The notes under the pieces were generated by a model, which made no database searches, had not been told where the DNA came from, and worked only from the letters and a program-made list of their open reading frames with translations. Of a stretch of 64,000 bases of DNA, positions 11,472-22,493 are shown piece by piece. A program made the position numbers and the translations under genes. How positions within the stretch are numbered: position 1 is the first letter of the stretch; every line of letters starts with the position of its first letter. Source of the stretch: Amoebophrya sp. A120 (Eukaryota; Protista; Dinoflagellata). Location of the stretch: positions 1,302,881-1,366,880 of the forward strand of contig CAJINV010000004.1 of NCBI GenBank assembly GCA_905178155.1, written 5' to 3'.

Positions 11472-14295
11472 TCAACCTCCCTCCGTTGGCGGGTCCGGCG
11501 ACAGGATGCTGTCGTGCGTCCGTGCGGTCCAGGGGGAATACGGCGTGGAGGGTGAGGCGTCCATGAGGTTCACGCATCATAGTGAAAAAAGCTTCCACCC
11601 CATATCGGAAACGGAAGATGCGCGAATTTGTGATGCTGTATTTGAGTACACAAATCGACTTGTATTGCTAGAAGGCCAAGAGACGAAGCTGCAGCATAAA
11701 TTGCAGGTAATCTGTCATGCGGTTTCCCACTTCCAGTTGCCTCCTGTCATCCTGGAGCTGCAAGGCTCTCCCACGCTAGGCAGCACTACAGTCCGCATCT
11801 TTTGCCTTCTAGCATCACAAAGCTGATTTGTGACCACAAATCTGCATCACAGATTTCCGTTTTGACATGGGGAGGGGGCATTTTTCATTGTGATATCACG
11901 AAAACCGGATTCTGCTCAAGCTGCCGGATACGGCCGAGCAACATGCGCGCGGCAGTTCCCCGGTTCTGCTGTTGCTGTCCTTGCGCGACTGCAGCTACCC
12001 CCGCGGCGACGAAGGGCGCAAACGCGGCGCCGCTGACGTGGTCCGGATTATTCTCGTCGTAGGGTCCGGTCAGGATATCTGGCAAAACCAGCGCGTTGCG
12101 CCTCCTCCGCAGATCAACCTCCTGCACCGACGGATCTTGCGACATGACCGCCTGGCTCGTGAGCGGTGACATCAAGGGGTCGCGCTGCTGCTGTCCCCCC
12201 CGCATCGCTGTCCGGCCCGACCGCAGCGGAGACATCGCGTCCACCTCGGAGGCGGACCACTCCCGGGCGGTGCCGAGGGGGGACTGCTCCAGCCGGAAAA
12301 TCATGGTGTCTAACAGGCGGTGCATCGTGGTCACCACCCACTCGTCCCCGCTAACATCCGGAAACCGCGGCGCACCGGAGAGCAGCAGCGGTTCGCCGCG
12401 GCGGAGTCTCTGCAAATACTCCGGGACAACTTGTACGGGTCGTGACGTGGTCGTGTAAATGGTGTTGTCTGTACTATTTTCGCCGTGCTCAGAAGATGCG
12501 GTCCCCTGTTCTCCGTCTCCCGAAACGACACTTCCTTCCTGACTGAACAGCGTGTCGGTACTAGACTTTAACTTCACCTTTACCTTCAATTTCAGATCCG
12601 TGGTCTGTCGGCACATCGGACAGGGGTACTGCACGGTCGCCAGTTCGACCTCTTCCGAGCCAGCATCCTGGTCGCTTGCATCGGCACACGGTGAGTGGTC
12701 AGAGGAAGTGGCTGGCACGTCTGCTGTGGCAGGTCCTGCTCTTGCAGCGCCAGTCGTTGAGGAGGCAGGATTACCAAATATAGCCGCCGGGGCGGAGGTA
12801 GTGAGGTCGTGGGCGTTTTCTTGCCGGCCGTCGCTTTGGCCGCGGCTGTGCTTTTCCTGGGTTCGCCATGCCGTCGCGAGTAACGTTAGGCCGCACGGTA
12901 TGGTGGCCGCTTCATAAACGTCGCAAATTTTGGCAAATTCCCGATATTCCCTTCCGAAAGCCAGCCCCCATGCTATGGGGCCGATCCGGGTGCCACGGGG
13001 GGCGCCCAAAAAGCGAAGGGAAATCGGGCCCGTAGCATGCGGGTTGGCTTTGCGCGTCTGGCGCGCTTTTGCTTTTTTGCGTTTTTATTTTTCGCGCCGG
13101 CGCTTTTTGCAAAGCTTCCCAGGCTCTGAAACAGGCGAAAACTCGGCCGCTTTCGCGGCCGCCCAAAATGCTCCGAAATCGCGGCCGTGCCGTGCTGTTT
13201 CGCTGTTCTGATTTTGGGCGCGTTTTTTTCGCGCCCCTTTTTGGGCGCCCCAAACCGCCAGAAACTAAGGCGGTGGGCGCCTCAGAAGGGCGCCCCTTTT
13301 GCTGGCTTGTCTGCGTCGTTTTACCCAGCGGCGATCGATAGAATCCGCTGGCGATTCGGTGCCGACACAGCCAAAGCCGCTTGATAATTGAAAATTTTTT
13401 ATGCTCAAAAACACTTTCGCCCGCTTGAAAACTGCCGGTCGTTTTTCACGGTAGGTGTCAAAAAAACTCCCTGGTTAGAACCGTTCGGTGACCTCACTAC
13501 ATATAATTGGTCGAGCTACTACTGCCTCCTTCCTCCACGCACGCGCCGGCAACACTTGGCGCAGTATCTACTTCTTCTAAAATGGTTGCGGTGACACCTC
13601 CACCGGTCGGGTAAGAGGAACAAAGAACTTTTGGGAGTTCAATATCGACCAGCTCCAACTCCTTCGGCAACAACTTCCGCAGATGCAGCGCCACGCAGGC
13701 CAGGTGGAAACACGAGTGTCCGCGCGATAGACACAGCTTCTTCTCCTCTTTGTTGTCTGTCCCGAGAGGACTGCAAAATTTTTTCCCGGTCTGCTGTCGA
13801 AAGCTCCAAGCCCGGCGGGCCATTCAACGGCTCCAGGCACAGACAGCAATCCCTGGTGGTCGCTGGTGCAGCTCCGAGGTTGGCACCTTGTTCCCCTTCT
13901 GGTAGCGCGGACGCGATACGCAGAGCCGAATTGTGCGCAGCTATGGGCGGAGGTACAATGGCTTCGTCGGAGTGAGGATCGGTGGCATAATCGCCCTTCT
14001 CGGCACCTTTTCCTTCCTCAGCCTCGTCTACGTTTGACGTCGTTCCAATCGCCGCGGATCTGATCCGTAGCTGTACCGCGGAAGCGCGAAAGATAAGACA
14101 GATCTGCAACAGAGAGAAAGAGAAGGCCAACAGTGTTAGAACCGGACGAGGACGACCTCGAATCAATGTGTCACGCATCTTCACAATTGTGCGGCTACTA
14201 TACATCATGTTGAAATAACGGCCTCTCTCAATGATCGACAACAAGATTGTGAAGACAGTACATCCCGCGTCTGCGGTTGTAAACAGCTGAATCAA
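11472..14295 (-). CDS. Membrane-anchored degenerate RING-finger protein; interrupted and possibly pseudogenised
   Basis: Hydrophobic N-terminus, CCLC, then GHSCFHLAC in another frame, then CPMCR after the 734-bp element. The last exon is recovered by removing introner 11575-11895 (...PVFVNLMDASP...EGG*). Apparent frameshift near 13770. Confidence 0.5.
11575..11895. mobile_element. Introner, TIR family B
   Basis: IR ATCA(T/C)A(G/A)TGAAAAA..CCCCAT(A/G)TC..AACGGAA; direct repeat TCACG at 11570-11574 and 11896-11900; removal restores the frame. Confidence 0.85.
12771..13504. mobile_element. 734-bp non-autonomous element, copy 2, inserted in the RING gene
   Basis: Same length and termini (TTACCAAATATAGCCGCC...GACCTCACTACATAT) as 5930-6663; the flanks differ. 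Confidence 0.75.
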
Positions 14296-14487
14296 TCAAG
14301 GAGGACCAAAGTCAATGTCGTGGCGCCTAGTTGCGAAAATCGTCCGTGAAAATGATCACCAAAGGTCGAGGTCTTGATGTTTCTTTATTGTTTCACATCA
14401 CAACAAAAAACGCGATCTTCTCGGGAAAAGCATAGAACACTTGGTTCACATTGTACAACTACAGTTTCGCAATATAGTACGGTATCC

Positions 14488-17412
14488 TCACAAAAAACCG
14501 TCGGCCTGTTCAGCCAACATGTCAGCATGATCTTCCATATCGCGCGCTTGGTCGCGCGTCTGCGACTTCAGTGCCTCCCGAAGATGTTGCCGGTGGTAGG
14601 GGTCGCGAAAGGAGTTCCTCCTCCTGTGTAGCGTTGCTCTCATATCATGCCATCTTCTAGTCGTGCGGCCCTCCTCCCGGCGGTCGTGAACAACTTGTTC
14701 TGTAAATGCCGTAGTACCACCTTCCTGTCGCTCCGGTTCATCCTCCAGTGCTGCAGCCCGGCGCGCGGCGCGGCGATTCAGGGTGCGGATTAAGCGTAAA
14801 ATCCTCACCATTCGTTCCTGACCGTGTTGGACAAAAAAGTCCACCATCTCCGCAGTGGGTAACCGAGGCGGAGGATGACGACCCTGGTCGCAATGGTTCT
14901 TCCTGGTCGTCATGTGGCGTCGCCTGCTGCTATGCCTCCTTGTTCTTTTAACGTACGTGTCGTCCTCACCACAAGAGGACGAAGCTGCCTTCAGTCTATT
15001 GTACAATTCCAGCATCTCTTTCAAGAGATTCCACGGGTCTACCACGAAAGCAAACACAAGTTTGGCGTCCGTCAATTCCAAAAGCGGCTTTTTATCGAAA
15101 AACGGGGTAGCTGCTCTAGTTGTCTTTATTTCCACACGATCATCGTGAGCTGCTTGCGGATGCTGCGCCAAAAAACTGGCGGAGGGGAGCTTGAGATCGT
15201 TTTGTTCATCTTCTATTGTGCTGGAAGACGCTGGCACTAGCGGAAAAATATCAAACGCGGCCGTCGGAAGGTGTCCCTCTTCCTGCGTTTTTATCCAGGG
15301 AAAGGTTGTGTCGGTTGGCTCAAACAGCTGCAGCTCTGGTGGTCGTGCAGCAGAAACAGTAGTACCGCTGGAAGTTGTTCCGTCTATGGCCTCGCAATTG
15401 GCCGTAGAAGTCGGAAACGGAATCATCATCTGACTCTGGTTCTGGAGGCCGGTAAAAATATCATAGCAGCACGAACTCGTGCTTCTTTCCGCTTGTTGCT
15501 CTTCGAACAGCCCCGCATTCCACACTTCCTCGACCGCATGCTTCGCGGAAATTCGAAACTGCATGCTTCCGGCGAGCTCTGCGTAGAGGCGAGGGATAAT
15601 TGACGAGACAGTAGCTCTTCTTGTTCTTCTGCTCGACAGAGCAGTCTGAGCCTTCCTCATCACCCCGTCATTTTTCGCTTGTCTCAGGTAAAAAATTTCC
15701 TTCAGAAACTTCCGGAATAAACGTAGGCGGTAGGAGTAAGTGGTATAATCTCTATTGTCTTCTTGGTCGAACCGGGATTCGTGCCAGAACTGTTTCACCT
15801 CTGCGTCCAGCTTGGCTCTCACATTCGCAACTTCCTGCGCGTTGTCCGGATTCGCGAAGCGGTCGAGCTCTAGATCGGTGTCTAGCTCGTGGTCTTATGG
15901 ATTGCAAATATGTCTGGGTCTGGAGGAAACTTGTAATGCTAATAGAAGTGAATGATAGACGCACTGCAATGCGCAGCTATGCATGACAAATTTTTTGGCT
16001 GCCATGTCTTACGTATTCCGCATGGCAAACTGCGTTTTTGCATGACAGGTAAGAGGCCTTTTTCGTGCCTATGCATCACAGATTCTCGAGTCATGCCAGA
16101 CAGGCATGAAAAACTTGCATTCTTGCAGACCCAGACATTTTTGCATTTGATAGGTCTTCGTCGTGATCAAATGTCGCGGCGGCAAATACGTCCAGGTGAT
16201 CGGCCAATTGAAGAATGGAGTCCGCCGTACTGACACTGGAGAAACAGTCTTCTTGTTCCCCTTCCCGGTCTTCAAAGCCGACTCGGAAAGCTCCGGGTCG
16301 CCTTGGATTGTTTACTCGCCCAGGCGGGTTGTTGTAAAGCCGTTGTTCATGGTCCCGGGCATGATCTCCACTGTCAACTTCATGGTCCGAAGAACTGCTG
16401 CTATACGTCGACTCGGAGTTGTAAAAAGAAAAACCTAGACTAGGCGAGAAATTATAAGTGGCATCTAGTTCTTGTTCTTCGCCACCTGCTGCTCCCAAGT
16501 CGGACGTAGAAGTTATGCCACTAATTGCTTGATGCACCCCTTCTGCGCCGTCGAGGAGATCAACATCCTCCGGACCGTTGCGAGTGGTCGAGGATCTACT
16601 TCCAGTCGCACGCCCGGGGTTATTATCAAATGCAAAAGTGTCTGGCTCTGGGTCTGTGATGCTAAAAATGAATGGTAGACGCACTGCAATACGCAGCTAT
16701 GCATGACGAATTTTTTGACTGCCATGTCTTACGTATTCCGCATGGCAAACTGCGTTTTTGCATGACAGGTAAGAGGGCCTTTTCGTGCCTATGCAACACA
16801 GATTCTCGAGTCATGCCAGACAAGCATGACAAACTTGCATTTTTCCAGACCCAGACATTTTTACAGTTGATAGTTATAATTTCCTTGATCAGAAAGCATA
16901 GAATCGTCACGATTGTCTTCAACAACGGTGTTCTCTTCTGTGCGTCGAGTTTGAATAGTACCAGGAGGACCGTTTTTCTTGTGGTCTACTCCAGCGGCTC
17001 CTGCACTTGGAGGTGGAGGACCAGAGCTTTGGATGCTCGTCTCCCGGCATTGGTGAATATGCTGTCTCGAGAATGGAGCTGTTCTTTCTTTATAGTGTTT
17101 CGTCTCAACTGGAGCTCCTGCAGAAACCTCTTCGCAGGTGGACGGGACTTCTACAGAACTGCCATTAGAAGTAGACCCACCAGGCGCGAAGGAGCAATCC
17201 TCCGCATCAACCTGCTCTCCGCGAAATATGGGCCGCAGCGCGTGGACACGAACTCCCGCCGCACCGGAAGATGATGAAATGAAGACGCCGGGTATAATCA
17301 TCAAGCAAGATGACACCAGTCTAGTTCCTCGGGAAGAAAATAAACCAAACCACCGCGGACCACCACCGGGGTTCGTCTTCGCGACTTGTGCACGACCCTC
17401 TAGTACCCTCAT
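14488..17412 (-). CDS. Hypothetical protein interrupted by two introners
   Basis: ORFs 16861-17412, 16091-16684 and 14488-15822 fuse in frame (DQGNYN|PGRA; FDHDED|HELD) when each element plus one 5-bp repeat is removed. Confidence 0.75.
15896..16152. mobile_element. Introner, TIR family A
   Basis: TIR TAT....TGCAAA.ATGTCTGGGTCTG; direct repeat GGTCT on both sides. Confidence 0.92.
16624..16872. mobile_element. Introner, TIR family A (close copy of 15896-16152)
   Basis: Same TIR and near-identical interior; direct repeat GTTAT. Confidence 0.92.
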
Positions 17413-18227
17413 ACGTATAATTTTTGTTGTTGTTAGAGTATATAGAAAAACACGTACAAACTTTTTACACCATCAATATCAAAAAGGGTGCAATTTTTAT
17501 TCTTAGTCGGTGGTGGGAAAAATACTGATTCAGGAAACGTTTTATTAGGTGGCGGAAAAGAAAACTAGTGACAATGTTACACAGAGGCAAAATGAACAAA
17601 GCGAGCAGGAAACAAGAAGTCCAAGGTAGGGCAATAGATGAAACCAAAATTAGTCAAAGGGTGGCAATTATTCAGAAAACTGGCACGGTTGCAACTCGCT
17701 GTGCCTATGAAGCTTGATCACATGATTTAACTACTTTCACACAAAATATTAGACAGAAATTCACAAATACACGCGCGCGCTCGCTGAAACAAGAGGAAAA
17801 AGGCTTTCGCCTTTGTTCGCGCGGGAGAAGTGCAGTGGGTCCACATCGATATAATCGCAACTACCACCTACCGGCGCACAGCACTACAGTGGAGAAAGTT
17901 CAGATCATCGCGCAATTTTAGACCGCCGGGTTTTCGATCCAGGCATGCGATCTGATCAAGTCATGATCTTGTCCAACATCATCAACAATCCATGGCTTTG
18001 GCTGAACTTTCGTCTAATAGCAACACCTTGAGCAGACCGAAGTAGTCCTGAAATCCCAACGCAAATCAAATCACCCCCGAACAAGAAGAATCCCTACATA
18101 GAATACGAAAAATCATTACCGAAATGCTGGAGGGGTACAACTTATGCTAACATGCTAACATGCGATCACAACTCATCAATCCTGCGCGTCAACAAACTAC
18201 TACATTAAAAAACTTCACCCTTTAATA

Positions 18228-21200
18228 TCAAAGTATCGTCAACTGATGCCCGTTTGACGCGCACAGCTTATTTTTCCGTACTAACTCCTGTAATCGCTCC
18301 ACGTAAAGCGAATGCCAGTAATCCACCACTTCTCTTTTCACCCTTCCATTCCCGTCTTTTGCCAACGTCGCCGGGTCCGGTAGACGAATGGGTTCCCCGA
18401 TCGCGATCTTCAGCCTTTCCACGGGGTTCGGCGCAGGGAAAAAGGAGCTGAAAAAACCAGCCGTCGGGATTTGTTTTCGAGCGAGAAAGCTGTTCAGCGT
18501 CGGAAAGTAGGTTTTGAAGGGGGAGAGTTGGTAGTAGCAGCCCTTGTAGGGAGAGACTGGATTGCTGCTGGAGATTTCAACATCCGGATCTTGTTTATGC
18601 CACGCAACTATGGTCCACCCTTGAACTTGATGGCTACTACAAACTTGTCTGGCATAAGCACAAGAAGCAATTGGACAAGAGCGAAGCTGACACGACAACT
18701 TCGACTTTACTTAGGGTGTATATATACGCCTATAATTCCCAGCCTAGAGCCACGTTCTTGATTTCGCGTGAAACAACAATGAGTGTCCACCACGGGACGG
18801 CGGGTAACATAGTTGCATTTATGCACCTCCATATGGTAAGCTTTTGTCCCAAACCTCGCCGTCGCAGTAGACCGGCACAATTTCCAACCCCGATTCCAGT
18901 GCCAGTTTTATGATTCTTTTCCGCTTCTTGAAGTAAATTTCGCTACTGTTCAGCCCGATCTCCTCAAATCCCCCCGGCAGGATCGCGATCGGCTTCAATA
19001 AGTCGCTAGCTCCGTCGACCTTCTTTATCCTTTCCCGTTCCCGGAAAAACTTACTGCTCGCGGGCTGGACGTCGAGCCCGGCGAACCGGGGCAGCAGCGA
19101 AATCACCGGCCCGCCGAATTTCGTCAAGAAGGGTGCGACTAATAACGAGAGGGAGCTGCTGCTCCCCTGCTCGACTTTCTGCAGCTCCAAGTGGGCTTTA
19201 AAGACGAGAAATCCGACGCACAGACAGCCGTGGGGGTGTATCAAGTAGAGACGGTTGGACTTATTTTTCGGATTTAATTTATCGCGCTCCTGGTGATCTT
19301 CTTCTTCGTAATCATCTTCCTCAAAATGATCCTGGTTGTCCGATGTTGTCGTTCTTCCGATCAGGAGGCTTTTCGGCATGGTGATTTCCACCTTCGGGAA
19401 CCAATTCAGCAACTTCCGCCACATGAATTCCCGCATCGGGTAGATGATATTCTTCTTCCAAACCGACTGACTCGCCGTCGGCAGGTGGTGGTAGATCTGC
19501 AGCAGGACCGGCCCGGCTCCGTGGTAGAGAAGATTTTTCGCAAAGGAGACCAAAACCGCGGTTAATTCGGGCGAATACGAACCCCCTTCGGGGTCGAGTT
19601 CTAGCACTTCGGTGGGACGGGTGGGGGGGATATCGAGCATGTCCGTTTGCCGGGTAGTTAGAAGAGATGAAGAAGATCCGGCACTTGATGTCGAAGATGT
19701 TGCCCCTTTCCGCAAAACAGTGTGCGTGATGAGCCAACGGAGGAGATCTTTCACGGAATTCACCCAACTGCTCCCACTTCTGGTTGTCCCGCCGGCAGCA
19801 CTTTCCATCCCTTCGTTGTACCCGAAAAGCGTTTCCACTAACTCCCGCAACAGCAGTTGCAAGACCGCGCCGGAGAGCTCAAAGAACAGGTAGAAGGGCA
19901 CCAGAGACGCGAGTAGCCAGCCCCCGATCACGACCCACCACTACGGGAGTGCACAACTCCCCCTCCCCCTCATTTGTCATGCAAAATACCCAATCCACCC
20001 TTTGCCTCTTGGCACTGTTTGCATGACAATCTCTGGTAGCCCCAATAGCACTATACTCCAGTGCAAATCTGTTATGCAAAACCGGCACTCTTGCTGATGC
20101 TTGTACTGCCGTTCATGCTACACAAATGAGGGGGAGGGGGAGTTGTGCACTGTTATAACCACACGACCACGGACAGAAACCGCTGGTCACCCTGGTACTC
20201 GTAGTGGAGGAGGGTCGTCGTGTTTTTGCGATTTATTTTCGCTTCGTTCCGATCGTCCTATCAATCTGAACCAACCACCCGACACGCTCGATGGCGTGAA
20301 CGGAGGAGAGAGGGCAAGGGCGTCTCGGTCCCTCACCGTAGAGACAGCCTGCAGGGATGCCTCAAGGCCCCTCCCAAGATGTGTCCTCTGTCACCACGAA
20401 TACCACGTGGGCACGAGGAAACAGCGCACCGGGTGGGTGGGTGGGATCGAAAGAAAAAATCAACCTTGGCACGACCCCCGCCTCACTTGCGGCTCCAGTC
20501 GTGCCACCTTGCATTAGCTTACCAGGGATCTGCTAGCCCTTTCCTTAGGAGTCTCGTCCTTTCCGTCACTTACTCGAAAATGATGCACCGAGGTGCATCC
20601 GTATTTCGCTTCGTTCCTATCGTCCTATCAATCTGAACCAACCGAAGCCACCATGGACTGCCCAGAACCCCGTCCGCGAAAAGAATAGTGACGCGCTCCC
20701 CTTACCCACCGAAACCAAAAATGGGAAAAGAGAAAGCGAAAGCGCCACTTCCTGCATAGTGCAACACCGCGCCGACCACTGCTGCGAAAAGATTCGGCGG
20801 GCGCCGGGAGCGGCCTTCGTAGCCCGCCCCAGACCGACATGCAGGCATCCCCGGGAAACCCGCCCTCGAGTGCTTTAGAAGTGGCGTGGCCGCCTGCCAG
20901 CTTCCTTATTCTGTAACTGTAGCCAACCTGCTATCCCCCTCTTGAAACGTGGATGGCGCACCCCAAAGGGAGCAAGCCACACATAGTGACAGCCTCTATC
21001 AATGATGAGCATCAGCACCCATTCCGAGTCCGAGTGAGGGCTCGGAAGCTTCCTTCCGTGCACTGATCCAGCGAGCACCAAGCCTACAGTGCGGTCGGCT
21101 GGTTGTCAAACCCAGGCTGATCCTATCTCCTGCCTACGTGAGGCACCTGAACAAAGAAGTTCCCGAGTTGAAGCTACCCCTTCGACTTGCATTTGGCCCG

Positions 21201-22493
21201 AATGCCCAACACGGAGACGAAGCTAGTATGAGTGAAGGGAAACCCTTATTGCATAGCCCGAGCGAACAGAGCCACCCACACGTTAGTTGCGCCGTCCATC
21301 GGACACAACTTCCGAGAGAAAGGTGGCGGGGGGTCGGTAACCGCCTCTAGATCAGACCCCGAGCCCAACCTCAGCCACCTGCATGAGGCGCAGTCACCCT
21401 GGTACTCGTAGTGGAGGAGGGTCGTCGTGTTTATTTTGCGATCATTTATGTTCGCCCCCGCGTCCTCGTGTTTTCGGCCGCGGCGCTCCTGCTCTGTATC
21501 AACTACGCCTTCGGTGGAGGATGAGGACACAATGGTTTCTCGCCTTTTATACCCCACTGGATGTTGGTCATCGTCCGCGTCCTCCCCTTCCTCGTCATCC
21601 CCATCCGAAATTTCCGTGATCGACAGGGACGCGACTTTACTAACCGTCCGGGTGGGAAGCTGAACATTCTCCGGCTCATGGGCAAACAGCGTTGTTGATT
21701 TCCGAGAAACGAAAACGGAGTCGGAAGGACCACTGCGGGTTCTTCGGAGGAACTGCTTCTTAGCGGTAGAGGTCTCTGGCGGGGTGGAGGATGGCGGTGA
21801 TGAGTAGTCTGTCCTCTTGTCATAAAGATCTTCTCCTGGTTTGCTGCTCTTCTCTTCACAGCACACAAACCGCGACCCGTTAGGGGTCCGCCCGTTCCAC
21901 GAGGTCCTTTTTGAGCGGCAGCTAGGTCGTGGTCCTCGTGGGGACGAAATAGAGGAAAAACTTCTAGCTTGACGACACCAATCATTAAAGTGCCGTCGGG
22001 AGCACGAGCAGGCGGGCACAACTTCAAGCTCTTTCTTGCTTCGACCCCGGCTTGTTTTCTGGAGGTTGAAATAGTACCCGGCGTAGGGCTGGAACTGCCA
22101 AGACGACCAGTTCCAGTAAACCAACTTGGCACAGCGCTCGCGCAGGGAGTCTCCTCGTGTCGGGCCTCGTCCCCCTCGACCATCTTTCTTCGTTTCAAGC
22201 AGATACAGCCCAACGCAGGCCAAGACCGCAGTGAGCGAGGTAACTTTATTCGGTTTACAAGAATTTCGAGCACGACCTCCGCAATGGACCAGGTGGTCCA
22301 ATGTAGTTGACCGAGTACAAGCGCGACCAAGTGATCTTGGTTGATGTGAACAAAGTTTGATATTAGAAGTACCAATCGGAAATGACCGAAATAACCGAAG
22401 ACTTGGAAGGAAATCAGAAAAACCAAAATCTGATGTTGTGCGACACTTCACATAATTCCTGCGATAATTCCTACTTAGGAAAATGCGCAACAT
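18228..22493 (-). CDS. Diacylglycerol/monoacylglycerol acyltransferase (DGAT2/MOGAT family) with a long N-terminal extension
   Basis: HPHG, PGGFEE, KRKRIIKLALESGLEIVPVYCDGE and IGEPI motifs. GT-AG intron 18854-18543, introner 19942-20157 (SVVVW|WVVIGG) and a 1.2-kb insert. The 5' part (21393-22493) is less certain. Confidence 0.8.
19942..20157. mobile_element. Introner, TIR family E
   Basis: IR AGTGCACAACTCCCCCTCCCCCTCATTTGT at both ends; direct repeat ACCAC; removal restores the frame. Confidence 0.9.
20186..21455. mobile_element. About 1.2-kb insertion flanked by a duplication of host coding sequence
   Basis: 40 identical nt at 20186-20225 and 21393-21432, extending imperfectly to about 60 nt. 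Internal 39-nt repeat at 20238-20276 and 20605-20643. Confidence 0.7.

Noticed and set aside
20242-21392. Group I/II intron or hammerhead ribozyme in the 1.2-kb insert
   Set aside because: No GTGCG start, domain V, P7 elements or CTGATGA...GAAA core found by eye.
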